DNA of 64,000 nucleotides, from assembly GCA_000320545.1 (NCBI GenBank), contig ADNK01000179.1:1-64000 (forward strand), written 5' to 3'. Shown in pieces: positions 40,601-58,696 of the stretch. A program made the position numbers and the translations under genes. This stretch comes from Bigelowiella natans CCMP2755 (Eukaryota; Protista; Cercozoa). Every line of letters starts with the position of its first letter. The first letter of the stretch is position 1. The notes below the pieces were generated by a model, which saw only the letters and a list, made by a program, of their open reading frames with translations, did no database searches and had not been told where the DNA came from.

Positions 40601-43600
40601 GTGAGCTCCGAACCTACAAAACAGCTCATCCGTGGACTTACGGAAGTTCTTTCCATACACCGTGACGCTTGTATTCGCATGCAAGACCCCGGAGACAGGG
40701 TATATTCGATCGATGACGATGTCGGTCGTATACTCCCATTGATACGGGTACCGGCTGTAGTCTTGGAAGTTGTTGCTAACGCGTACTCTTGCCGTGTGTG
40801 CCGGGCCCCCAACGCCTCCGGGATACGGTGGGACCTTACAGCGAATAACATGACTGCTGTAAAACTGCATGTTCGTGCACGGAACATGATCCCAAGTCAC
40901 CGAGACGATGTGCTCGATGAAGAATTCTCCTGTTATATTCACCCACACATTCCCACTCTGGGGACAGCGCTTTGGAAACACGTCGTAAATAACCGGTTCT
41001 GCGTACGAGTTATAGCGGTGGCCTATGCGCTGGTAGTCGCGGAAGTTGTCACTGATCAGCACATCGTATTCTCCGGCTGGGAGGTTTGGCGTGATGCAGG
41101 AAATCCACGTGTCGGAGTGCTTCGTTGCCTTGACGATGTGCCCGCAGGAACCAGGGTTGAACCAGCACCCACCGCCAGACTCGCTGTCTTCCTCCACACC
41201 GCTGTGAAATCGGCAGAACAACTCCTCCCCGTAGAAATACTTCCCAGTGATGTTGACGTAGGTTTTGCCGTACGTCGGTCCCCGAGGGGGCTCGAGCTTC
41301 GTCACGTTGACGATCGGATTGTACGTGAACATGCTGTGCGCAGAAGTCGCGTTCGTCTCAAAGTCGAAGTTGTTGTTGCTAACGTACACGCGCACAGAAT
41401 GGGGGGTCTTCACCGATTGATTGACATATTGGATCGACGGGCACACCACTAATTCTGGCGAAATTACAGTGCCCCGTACCGGCGCATTAGGGAAAAGTCG
41501 CGGTGCTCCCCCGTTGTCCAACGTTATATTCTCTCCAAACCGACAGTAAACATCAGAGCTGTTGATGAAATTCTGTCCGTGGACCGTCACGGACGTGCCA
41601 CCAGTGATGGGACCTCTGCTCGGTACGAGCTTCGTGATGCGAATGGGCTCCACTTGGTACAGGAGCAGATCCTCGGTGTAATCTCGCATGTCCTTGGTGA
41701 TGTCCAACACAAGCCGCTCGGTTTTGTTGGAGATCGGTGATAGGCACACCATCATTGTTTTACTTTCGGCCTTTCCGTCCGTATGCACGTAGGTACCGTC
41801 GCTGTACTTGAACCGGCAGCTCAGGTTGTAGCCTTGCTCGATATCTAGGCCGTATAAGTGTAGCAGCGTTGCCTTGTTGTAGGGCACAAATTTTGGGCTC
41901 ACTGAGTCTAGCTGGAATGTGTTCCAGAATTTGTAGTATTCATACTCGACGACTTCGTTGGAGTAGTTCTGCAAGTTGTTGCTCACGGCCATCAGTACCT
42001 TCTGGTCCTCTGCCAGCCTGTAGACAGGCGCACGGCATCGGATGTGCGACTCCGTAACGAACGTTCCAGGAGTCTTTTCGCCCCCAAAGCGGCACCACAG
42101 GAACAGGGAGTTGTTGCGGAAGTTTCGCCCGTAAAAGTTGAGCATGTTCCCTCCGTAGCGGGGACCATACGTGTGGTCCATGTAGTACAAGTGCGGTGTG
42201 ACGTATTCGTACTCGAGAGAGTGGTTCGTCCAATCTTGGCGGTTGTGGTCCCGGACCCAGACTGTGACGGTTCCGTTGTACGTGACGTTGTTGATGATGA
42301 AAGCGGGCGCACGGCACATGATCCGGGCGTTGTGGATCCATGTTGCCCTAACCTCCTCCAGCGCGTAGCCATAGCCGCCCTCATACTTCATGCCGAACTT
42401 GCAGAACAGGTCCGAGGTGTTAAAGAAGTGCGCGCCGTTGATCGTGACAAGCGTGCCCCCTGCCTCTGGGCCGTTGTTGGGCTCCAGTTTATCGATGCGA
42501 ACGGCTGGAAGGTACACCAGCTGCGTGTGGTTTGCCGTGGTGAAGTTGTCCGGAGTGATCACTTCGACCACGACGTACGTGCGCCCGGTCACGTTGAGCT
42601 TAGGAGTGATGCAAGTGATGTTCTTGCTCTCGAGCATCCAGTTACCCTCGTCAGTGACCTCAGCACGAACAAGGATCCTCTCCGTGGTGGGCGTTGTCTC
42701 GATGGTGTTGTCCGAGAACGTGTAGGCGGTGCCCAGCGTATATTGGATGTTGAACTGGCAATAGAGCGGATCGTGAGGGAAGAACTTCCCATCGATCGTC
42801 ACGACTGTACCCCCCTTCGACGACACTATCTTTGGGTGGATTCCGAGGATCTCTGGGGTCGGGAGGGCTTCGTACAGGATACCATTCTGTGTGAAATCGT
42901 GCATGTTGTCGGTCAGCTCTACCGAGTATCGCCCGCGAGGAGTTGGAGGGGACATGCAGTACAATGTCGTACTGTTGACGTACACAGCCTCTGCGTACGA
43001 GACTCTCTCCGACGTTGTGGGGGTACGGAAGGCACCTCCAAAGCGACAGTGGACTTGGTACTTCGATGGGAAATTTTCCCCGTAAATCCAGACCTGGCTA
43101 CCGCCTAGCTCCGACCCTTGCCGAGGATAGAGGCGATTTACCTTAATCACAGGGGTGTAGCGGAAGTACACGTTGCTCCGGGAATAGACGTAGCCATCGT
43201 TCGTGACGGTCACACGCACAGGCCCGGCAAACTCCGCAGCAGGCGCCACACAGATGATCTCGTTGGCGCTGACCCACGTGGCATTCTGGGGGTATCGATC
43301 TTCCCCAAACTTGCATTTGACGCCGAAGCGGCGAAAGGAAGCCCCGTAGATCGTGACTACGGTACCCCCGGTGACTGGACCGTGAGCTCTGGAGAGCTGA
43401 CTGACATACACTTGTCCTGGTTTGGTTTTCAGCAGGAAGTTGTCGATAACAATCTGAGGTTTCTGGGAGCTCTGTGCCCAGCGTGCTTGCCGCAGCCGAA
43501 TCTGCATCCTTGGGGAAGCGCCCAGAGCGAGATGATATTTGTGGAAAACTCCAGTATTTGTGACGTTAAGATCGTCCATCGTCGTGAAAGTGAGCCCGCC

Positions 43601-46600
43601 ATCAGTCGAGACATCGATCTTGAGCTCCTGGCCTGGTAGGGCCTTCTCGCAATCCGCTGTGGTTGAGGCGACGTACTTGTAGTCGAATGTCAGCACGGCT
43701 CCGTTTTCACCAGAAAGAACGCGCGTGAGCAGGATGCGCTCCTGGCCACCCAAGTGCAGTGCCTTCTGAGTCAGGCTTCCGCACGAGGTCGAGAGTGTCG
43801 CGGTACCAGTGTTGAGCCAGTAGTTTTCGTCGAACTCTTTTCCGTCAAATCCATCCGCCACCACCGCTCTGTGTCGGTTGTTCTCCAGGCAGGAGGTGCC
43901 GTTCCAGACGCAGACGGTGTGGAAGTCACACTCGCCTTCGCCGTCAATCCACGTGCAGTCTTTGCACGTGCCTGAAACCGCTGTATCACAGTGCGGGTAA
44001 ACACCGCCGCACTGATGGTCCGATCCGCACGCCTTGCCGTTGTACTCGTCGTTGTAGCCAGGCTGGAGCCATAGAGTGTTATGGGAATGCACCCCGTGGT
44101 CTGTCTTGAGATAGAAATCGATCCATGGGGGGATGCTCTTGTCCTCAGTGAAGGAGGAACCGTCACAGGACAGCAGCGTGCTCGAGATCACAGTAGCGGG
44201 GAAAGGCTTATCAGCGATGACGCAAGTGATATTGTATAAAGGACTGAAATCGTGGCCTGTGACGTATATGGTCCCGTCGGTGTGGGCAGGGTAGGGATGC
44301 GTCATGAAGGGCGTGTTTCCAATGCGCATGTAGACAGGAATAGTCGACTCGTCTCGGATGTTGCCTCCCCAATAGTTGGAGGCCTCGCTCTCGATGGAGA
44401 ATCGGATCATGTCCTCACCTATTCAATCAATACATGGCAGCGCACGAACAAAACAATCAGCGAGTTCAGTACCGCGTCGAATCTCTTTCCGTTTCTCTGC
44501 GTGCAAATAAGTTTTAAACCGTGCTTCTATCTCACCGTGGAAGTATGGGTCGCGCTCGTAGACGATCTTTTCGAGAGGCCAGCTCGCATTGAGCACCTGC
44601 TCTGTGTAAGTGATCATCTTCCCGTCAACCCCATAGTTTGGGAGGTAGATGCGGCCGTGCTGCACGCTAATGTTGACAGTGACGAATACATCCACGTTGT
44701 AGTCATCCGTGTACAAGCTTCGTGGGTACTCCTCCTCAAAACCCATAAATCTTGTGATATTCTCGAATAAGCGGACGTGGCGAAATGTGGTGTTGAGCCC
44801 GTTGTTAGGGATTACGAGCACGGGATCTTCGAATGTTTCGAGGACCTCGATTGTTAACTCTTCTACTGGAAGAGTTCCCGGCTTGATCTCACACAACGAC
44901 GTCGCAACATTCCACTCACAAGCAAATGCATAGCCCAAGCAGTTCAGTTGCCTGCGGGAACAAAAAAAGCACACACAACAAAAAATCATAAGATCCGAAT
45001 CCCTGTTTCTGCTCGACAAAAAAGAATTCTACGAGACATCGGTTGTTTTCTTCGTCTATTCTATGTAAGGTGTAATGAGTACGTGGCGAGGGATGAGCAG
45101 GGCTTGCAAATGTTCTCCGCGTTACAGATTGGATGGAGACTGTTGCATTCTTTATTGTCATAGCAGGTCATCCCCCTAGAAGCGTCACGCCCAGCAGCGA
45201 CATCGTCGATCGTGTATTGAAACGTGGCGTAAGGGATGCCATGCTCCAAGTACGGGGGCTTGTAGATGACTCGGCGGCCTGGCCCAGTCACCACGGTCGG
45301 CACAGTTGAAATCTCCTCGCCCTTTCTCCAGTCAAGGCCAGTGGTTTGATACAGCTTACCTTTTACGGGGAGTCTGGTGATAACTGCGGTGCGGTCGAGC
45401 CAGTAGCCGTAATACGAGCTCCCGTTGAGTTGTATGATGATCTCGTGCTCCTGCTTCACCGTGAGGGTCGTTCCCATCGGTATGCTGGAGATCGTCCATG
45501 CCGTGTGGTTGTCGGTGCGGTGCAAGATCCCATAGTTCTCGTTGTGCGTAGAGTCGTACACCACGTGCTGATTGCCGCGGTTGAAGTCCCAGTAGGCGAG
45601 CATGGAGGATGGGAACGGTCGCGCGAAGCTCTCATTTTGTACCTTGGACCATTCTGCCCAGGGGAGAGCTTTGTCGAAGACGTAGAAATCGTCAACCTCC
45701 CCTTGGTAGTACTCCACAGGGGTCTGCCCGTCAGTGCCAAACCCTGCTCCCATGATCACGTTGGAGCTGGTGTTCGCTATCACCCACGAATGGTTGTCGA
45801 ACCGAAAGTTACTTAAAACCTTTGTTTCTACGTGCTTGAAGTCGAGATAGATGTCGACGTCGTTGCCGTCCCAAATGACCGCGACATGAGTCCAATTGAG
45901 TCGGGTCAGCGGTTGCGAGGGATTCATGTCAACAGCCCAGTAGCTGCCGTTATTACCGCCAAGACGTACGTGGACGCTTCCTCCTTTAAGGCCAAAGCTG
46001 AACTCCTTCGACGTCCCGTCTCCTTTGTACAGAAAAGTGGAGTCGGTGGAAGGGTGCTCCGGCTTAATCCATCCCAAGAAGGTGAGGCCATAGCGAAATC
46101 CGCTCAACGACTTGCAGTTCTTGTACTGCAGGTCGTGATGCTCACAGCGGCCAGGTATTGTTACATGGTCATTTTGCCCGTCGAAAGTGAGGGAATATCC
46201 TCCACTTCCTGGAGCTGTTATATCCATCCTCGCATTTGAGCTCTTTGTTAGATTCAAAGGGATGCTCAAATCTTCGAAGTTCTCGGGGATGTTGGTAGCT
46301 GAGGATGGGGAGATATGGATGAAAATGTCATTTATATATTGCAAAGATTGGGGATCATTGATTTTTTGTGTTAGCCTTTTTTGATTTACCTTTGGTGATC
46401 TTCACATCGTCTATCGCCACATGAAAATCGATATTCAAATAGAACACATCTGATAGTGTTATGAGCCGAAAGCTAGTTTGCTTAGTAAAAGCAGTAAGAG
46501 GTATCGGACAGTTATCGCAAATGTTCAACGTAATATTGAATGTTCGTTGAGAAGTCCCCCAAAATCTGTTTGGAATCTTATGGAAGTTTTTCCCTCCATC

Positions 46601-47289
46601 TATCGAGTATTCCACGTGTAGAGAATGCTGTCCAGGGGGCCGCACACACCCATTTTGGTCATCACCGTATATCTACATATTTATAGAGAGAAGTAGATGT
46701 GAATGAGTGTAATTCTAGCATATCGAATCCCCAAGGCACAGCAATGAGTGCTTCCTCGGTCAAACAAAATCCTTTGTACGCCCCTCCCATTTAGTCATGT
46801 GAATTCAAAAGACACATACCGCGGTGAAGCTGACTGAAGTGGGCCATGCGATCGGCTTCGTTACTATATATTCGCCGAGTTTGGTGAAGAGATAGGCATC
46901 TCCAGAAGCAGATCCACATGTAGCCGAAGCGGAACCGCCAGATATACTGTGAAGATTATCACTATATCAAAACAACAATTACAATTCTGATTTCAGGGTG
47001 AAGTTTATTACTTTGCCCATCTAGTAGTATCTATTCCTCCATCAAAATCATCGTATGCGTCCGGGAGATAATCTGCAAAGCAAAGATGCTCAGAGCAATG
47101 GTTTTGTAGAAAAAATGGGCGAGGGAAGAACCACACTATTCCCTCCCGTAACGAAAGCATGAATGATTATTGAGGTTATCGCCAAGCTATTAATTAAAAA
47201 AATTTTGTACCCGCGACCGCAGGAGTTAGACCAAGGAAGAGCAGGAGCAGCGTCGATGCCAAAGCGCTGCCCAGCCATGTGTGGCGCAT
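18045..47289 (-). CDS. Giant (about 9,350 aa) multipass cell-surface protein: SP - reelin-like - LamG - reelin-like - about 60 IPT/TIG - GCC2/GCC3 Cys-rich - ELWxxDGT - Cys-rich - about 11 TM - cytoplasmic tail
   Basis: Model: complement(join(18045..18458,18557..18696,18813..19239,19344..19490,19684..44418,44536..44951,45083..46298,46390..46672,46820..46946,47012..47072,47211..47289)). All introns are GT-AG and phases are consistent once one base near 32925 is removed. The 19343 donor is the least certain. The N-terminus MRHTWLGSALASTLLLLFLGLTPAVA is a signal peptide. Confidence 0.9.
19690..21120 (-). other. Multipass transmembrane domain of the giant protein (about 11 hydrophobic segments)
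   Basis: Segments include VFLVLFFLVVFVAVSYAIVLYFTV, AFVFFFNTLLGVSLVWLL, VLGCFLTPVIILLIYLFA, ILYYFIFAVFVAIGEVIMNVFVF and YIAPALCLFVAFSALTLMTAVV. Confidence 0.8.
22370..25045 (-). other. GCC2/GCC3 (ephrin-receptor-like) Cys-rich repeats with an inserted ELWxxDGT repeat block (about 23815-24640)
   Basis: Repeated CPxG(Y/H/F)YCPxG motifs; GQELWMTNGSAAGTFLVADIEPGSGSSNP and GREVWSTRGTLATTVLLVDINNGAGGSDP. Confidence 0.8.
25140..43420 (-). repeat. Tandem array of roughly 60 diverged IPT/TIG immunoglobulin-like domains (about 95-100 aa each)
   Basis: Recurring P-x-x-G-P-x-x-GGT-x-V-x-(I/V)-x-G-x-NF...C-x-FG...C-x-(T/A)P...V-x-VS-x-N...F-x-Y pattern with many N-x-S/T sequons. The count is estimated from length. 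Confidence 0.9.
45490..46210 (-). other. LamG / concanavalin A-like lectin domain of the giant protein
   Basis: SLTFDGQNDHV...TFLGWIKP...WTHVAVIWDG..DIYLD...YYQGEVDDFYVFDKAL...LAYWDFN. Confidence 0.8.
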
Positions 47290-48487
47290 CTCCTATTCTA
47301 GCTGCGTGTCCAATACGCGTACCAGTGGAGAATTAGTCCAAGATCTCTCTCCCCAATTCCACCGGATCAATCAGTGTTGGCTGATCATGATCCCGTGGAG
47401 GGTAGGGGATGGTAAGATAAAAAAATGGTGCTGGTGCGCCAGGATAGTGGGACGAGGCACAGTAGGCGCAAACGGTGGCAGCTTGGCGCAACACGAAAAT
47501 GGCTTGATTTGGTTCAGTCTCGTCGTTACTCTTCCGACGTTACACACTCGAAACTGACTCCCAAATATGATGTATTTTGTCATGAAGACAGACAATTTGA
47601 TGTGTCGTTATTTTTGAGACCACCCTCACCTTGCTGGCCAAACCAACAGACAAATCGCCGACGAATGGATTGAATGCTATTAGTAGGATGCGACATCATA
47701 TATTTTCTAATTGAAGATAAACCATCATATGAAGGCCGACATATTCTGTAATACAGTTCAAAACCCGGTATTTCCCGGTAGTGCCTGTTCTATTTCACAA
47801 TTATTCCTTCGCTTTACAGCAAAAACACATGCAATTTTTTTGGGAAAAGATCAGAAACGGCATGGAGTACGCAGCGAAAGAAGACCACCAGTTAGATAGT
47901 AGCCGAGGCTCTTCGTTTTCCCGGTAATAGCAAAGGAGAGGGGCTTTGGACCTGTAAAGAGCCTCTATTGAGTCTTTCCTAGCGAAGATTTGGTAAAATT
48001 CAATCTGACCGGTGAATATTCCCAGGCTCTCCCTTGATTCAACCGTTTAAGACAACTATTTGTGAGTTATTTTCCTGCTAAATCTACTACATTTTCCAAT
48101 TTGCGTGAGCTTGGGTCTCAGACAAGGTGAATAACATGTGTTTTGAGAATTAAATTACGTCGTATTATGATATTAGCCTGAATTTTATAGTAAATCCTGG
48201 CGAATCCCTGTTCATCTATTCCAATTCCATCGCGGTGGGGCGAGTGCCGATCTCTTTGACTGTAGTAACATAAGCAGCCCCTCCCAGGTCGAAACCTACG
48301 TTGTATTCCAAGCACGCGAGAGATTTTTTGGGGAATAGTTTGCTAGACTTGCCGCAACAGTGTATGTGTAGAAGTTGGGAACATTTCGCGTTCTTACTTT
48401 GCGCAAACGGTGGGTTGCTTGGGGATTGACAGGAGGGGCCATGCCATTCTAGTCCTGATTCTTCTTATTTTACAGTGAAAATAGCGG
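47290..48487. promoter_or_regulatory. 1.2 kb divergent intergenic region between the giant gene and NDUFS1 (candidate bidirectional promoter)
   Basis: Start codons at 47289 (-) and 48488 (+) face away from each other. The region is SSR-free and more AT-rich. No specific motif identified. Confidence 0.45.
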
Positions 48488-50885
48488 ATGTATCACGCGA
48501 AAAATCTTAAGCGTGCTGTACGGAGCGCACAGCGTGGGCTTCTACAGTCCAACACGCGCTCTCTTCACTCAACTAGACCAAGAATGGCTAACGTGACAGT
48601 AAACGTCAACGGGAAGGACATTGAGGTTCCTCAGGGAGCGACGGTGCTCCATGCTTGTGAGGAGGCTGGGATTGACATCCCACGTTTCTGCTATCACGAC
48701 CGCCTCTCCATCGCTGGAAACTGTAGAATGTGCCTTGTTGAAGGTATGAACATCAGTGAGAAAACGTGGTACGGGGTCAGTTTTTTTTTAAATTTGTTCT
48801 TTACTAAGATTTAGGAGACAGAGATTAGATGGGAAAGGACTACCATGAATAAAATGCATAGTATCTTATTATCGTATTCTTCTTTTTTTTTCTACGATAG
48901 AATTTATTTTGCATACAAATATGTAAGTTCCCATCAGAATTTTCTACCGCAAAACGTGTGCAGTTAATCTTTACATTCAAAATGCCCATGGTTCACTAAT
49001 CAAATGCCCATGATTCTAATCAGTTGAAAAATCCGCCAAGCCTGTTGCATCATGTGCGATGCCTCTTATGCCTGGTATGAAAATCAAGACCGACACGCCA
49101 TTGGTGCACAAGGCTCGTGAGGGAGTCATGGAGTTTCTCCTTGCGAATCACCCCCTTGATTGCCCGATTTGCGACCAGGGTGGCGAGTGTGACCTCCAGG
49201 ATCAATCCATGGCTTTCGGTGGCGACCGTTCCCGCTTCTTCCTTACCAAACGTGGTGTAGAGGACAAAAACATCGGCCCTCTTGTGCAGACTATCATGAC
49301 TCGTTGCATCCACTGCACGCGATGCGTCCGGTTCTCCTCCGAGGTGGCAGGTACGCCAGTGCTTGGCACTACGGGACGCGGTAACGGAATGGAGATCGGC
49401 ACTTACGTCGAGGACACCTTCTTTGATTCTGAGATGTCGGGAAACGTCATCGATCTTTGCCCGGTTGGCGCGCTCACGTCTAAGCCTTACGCTTTCAGAG
49501 CGAGGCCCTGGGAGCTGCAAGGCACCGAATCCATTGATGTTACGGACGCCGTGGGCGCCTCCATCCGGGTGGATGCGCGCAATAACGAGGTGATGCGAAT
49601 CGTCCCGCGCCTCAACGAAGCCGTGAATGAGGAATGGATCTCGGACAAGGCTCGATTCTCCTACGATGGACTCAAGACGCAGCGCCTCGACACGCCGATG
49701 ATGAAGGTGGATGGAAAGCTGCAGCCATGCTCTTGGCCGGATGCGTTTGCTGCAATCAAGGAGGCTATGGGCAAGACATCGCCAAAGGAATTCGTCGCTG
49801 TCGGCGGAGACCTTGCTGATGCTGAATCCCTGATGCTGCTGAAGGACCTGATGAACAAGATGGGATGCAACAACTTCGCCTGGGAGGATGGCCTGGCACT
49901 CAACTTCGACCTCCGCAGCGAGTATCTCTTCAACTCCACGATTGAAGGGGTTGAAGAGGCCGATGCCCTGCTGCTCGTGGGAACCAACCCACGGATGGAG
50001 GCTCCCCTGGTTAACTCGCGCATTCGAAAGTGCGTGATTCAGAATGACCTCGAGGTGGCAAGCGTTGGGCCGGCCATGGACACAACCTACGAGATCGAGG
50101 AGCTCGGCAACGATGCGAAGGTCCTCGACGCGATCATTGCTGGCTCGCACCCGTACGCTAAGGTACTGAAATCCGCGGAAGCCCCTATGGTTGTCTTCGG
50201 GCTGGCAGCGCTGAAGGACTCGACAATGTACGCGAAGATGGAGAAGCTCAAGTCCATCTACCCCAAGCTGTGCACGGAGTCGTGGAACGGCATCAACGTC
50301 ATGCAGCTGGGCGCCGGAAGGACCGCCGCGCTCGACATCGGCTTCGCATCAGCTGCGGAGAGCAAGAGCGCGCCCAAGCTGGCGTACCTGCTCAACGCCG
50401 AGCCTGCAAAGGCCATGGGCAGCGGCACCTTCGTCGTCTACCAGGGCCACCACGGAGACAAGGGCGCCATGCTTGCTGACGTGATCCTGCCGGGCGCTGC
50501 ATACACCGAGAAGAGCGCTACCTACGTCAACATGGAGGGCCGCGTGCAGGAAACCAAAGCCGCGGTCGACATGCCGCAGCAGGCGCGCGACGATTGGAAG
50601 GTCCTCCGCGCGCTCTCCGAGTTCCTCGGCCACGCGCTCCCCTACAACTCGCTCGCGGATGTCCAGGCACGCCTCGCAGAGGTGTCGCCCACGTTCGCGG
50701 TGAAGGACGAGGTGTCATCGGCAAGCTTCACGGAGAGCTCTGCCGCCACAGAGGGGGCCGGCGCCATCTCGAAGTTCGAGCCGGCTGTCACCAACTTCTA
50801 CCTCACCAACCCGATCTCCCGCTCCTCCACCATCATGGCCCAGTGCACCCGGGATCTGAAGAAGAGCTCCAGCAGCTACCTTTAA
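48488..50885 (+). CDS. NDUFS1: NADH:ubiquinone oxidoreductase 75 kDa Fe-S subunit (NuoG/Nad11), nuclear-encoded with mitochondrial presequence; join(48488..48743,49024..50885), 705 aa
   Basis: [21 protein letters not shown]|[59 protein letters not shown]. Arg/Ser-rich acid-free N-terminus. One phase-1 GT-AG intron. Confidence 0.97.
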
Positions 50886-51237
50886 ACACGCACGCACGTG
50901 TGTTTGTGTGAGTGTTTCCCCCTCCTCGAATTGATGAAACAGCATATACAGTTGAGATTCAATTCACGTATTTCTTCTTAATAGACTTGTCGCAGCTTGT
51001 ATTATTTTATGCGCCTCACTGCTATTTAGCTTAGTTTGTTGGAGGATGTTGGTATTCGGTATTCGCATCCCATCTATGTCATCTACGTACATAGCTATAG
51101 CTAGCTAGCATGCGCCTCCTAGAAGCGCCCGAGTCTGCGCATAACAATGTGACATGCATCATCGCATGGCGACATGTAACACATAGCATCGTCGTTGTAT
51201 TGCAACCACACTAGCTAGACTAGCACAATGCAACATT

Positions 51238-51337
51238 AGCGCTGTAGCTGCTGCCTTGCACAAAGCTAGAAAGAGCATACATAAAAATGGATGACCATTG
51301 AAAAAATTTAATTCTTCATTACATCCGTCTCATACAT
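51238..51337 (+). mobile_element. Second remnant of the LINE 3' end
   Basis: AGCGCTGTAGC.GCTGC.TTGCACA...GGATGACCATTGAAAAAATTT...TTCATT.CATCCGTCTCA matches the reverse complement of 15687-15770. Confidence 0.7.
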
Positions 51338-51629
51338 AAAAATGGAGCACTGTACGTGTAGAACCAGCATATTTTAGAGGCAGGCAGGCGTACGTTGCCT
51401 ATAAAATGAAATATTATAGCTGGTTCATGTATAGCCACATGCTAGCTGCTTGCACTGTGTATAGGATTCGATTATTCGATTCAGTGCTATTTATCTGACA
51501 TTTCTGCAAGTTACCAGCACCGGCAGCGGGGCGATCATTGTTAAGCTTACATCACGCATTTCGCATTCGACATCAATGCTTTGCTGAACCTTGATACTTC
51601 ATAACTTCGGCCCGAGCCCAGTGAGCTTG

Positions 51630-58108
<6,479 letters not shown>

Positions 58109-58696
58109 AAGTTTTAATGTAGAGCCCTTTACCACTCAAACCCCGGGGCGAGCTAGCTGGCCACCATTCACTTGCAGGCTTTCGTTCCTCCGTTCCTCTG
58201 CCCTGTTCCGGTTTATACCTGTAGCTAGTGGACAAACCACCACGCCGTTCCACTAAAACGCAATGTGATTTTCATCTGCGACAAGGTTGAACTGCCCAGA
58301 ACATCCTGAAAGCGGAGCCGAGAGTGGTTAACAAAGCGAGACAAAAAAAAATTGCCCCATGTCACCTGTTCTATCCTAAATGTTATTGTGGATTACTCGT
58401 CAGAGATAGTATGGTTCCAGCTGGTGTCAGAAGCTGACCGGCAGATCCGCATACCAGAAACTACCCAATAATAATTGTCTAATTCGCTTTTAACACTCAA
58501 TTTATCATATACAAAGTACGATGTAGATATTACCATGAACTTAATTGCCAACTAAATCACCTATTAATTGTCGTTTATTTACGATATTTACAGCTTTTTT
58601 TATTTTCTAATAATTCATGTAATGGCAACGCTCGCAACAGTCCGACCAGCACAAGCCGGGAGCTGACCGAGGAGGCCACAGCCCGACACAACGACG

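Noticed and set aside
32858-44410. The 3850-aa and 4539-aa ORFs as two separate genes
   Set aside because: Neither has its own signal peptide, the break falls mid-domain, and one base restores a single frame.
19921-44770. Many 100-350 aa plus-strand ORFs within the giant gene
   Set aside because: Antisense shadows with no domain-like content.
49050-50150. 366-aa antisense ORF over NDUFS1
   Set aside because: Shadow ORF produced by C/G-ending codon bias on the sense strand.
51549-51580. Faint resemblance to reverse-complement 5.8S rRNA (CGCATTTCGC)
   Set aside because: Only about 10 nt match, with no flanking rRNA similarity.
58136-58255. In-frame TGA upstream of the gene starting at 58108 (possible readthrough or selenocysteine)
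   Set aside because: A good ATG follows, the upstream peptide is unremarkable, and there is no SECIS evidence.
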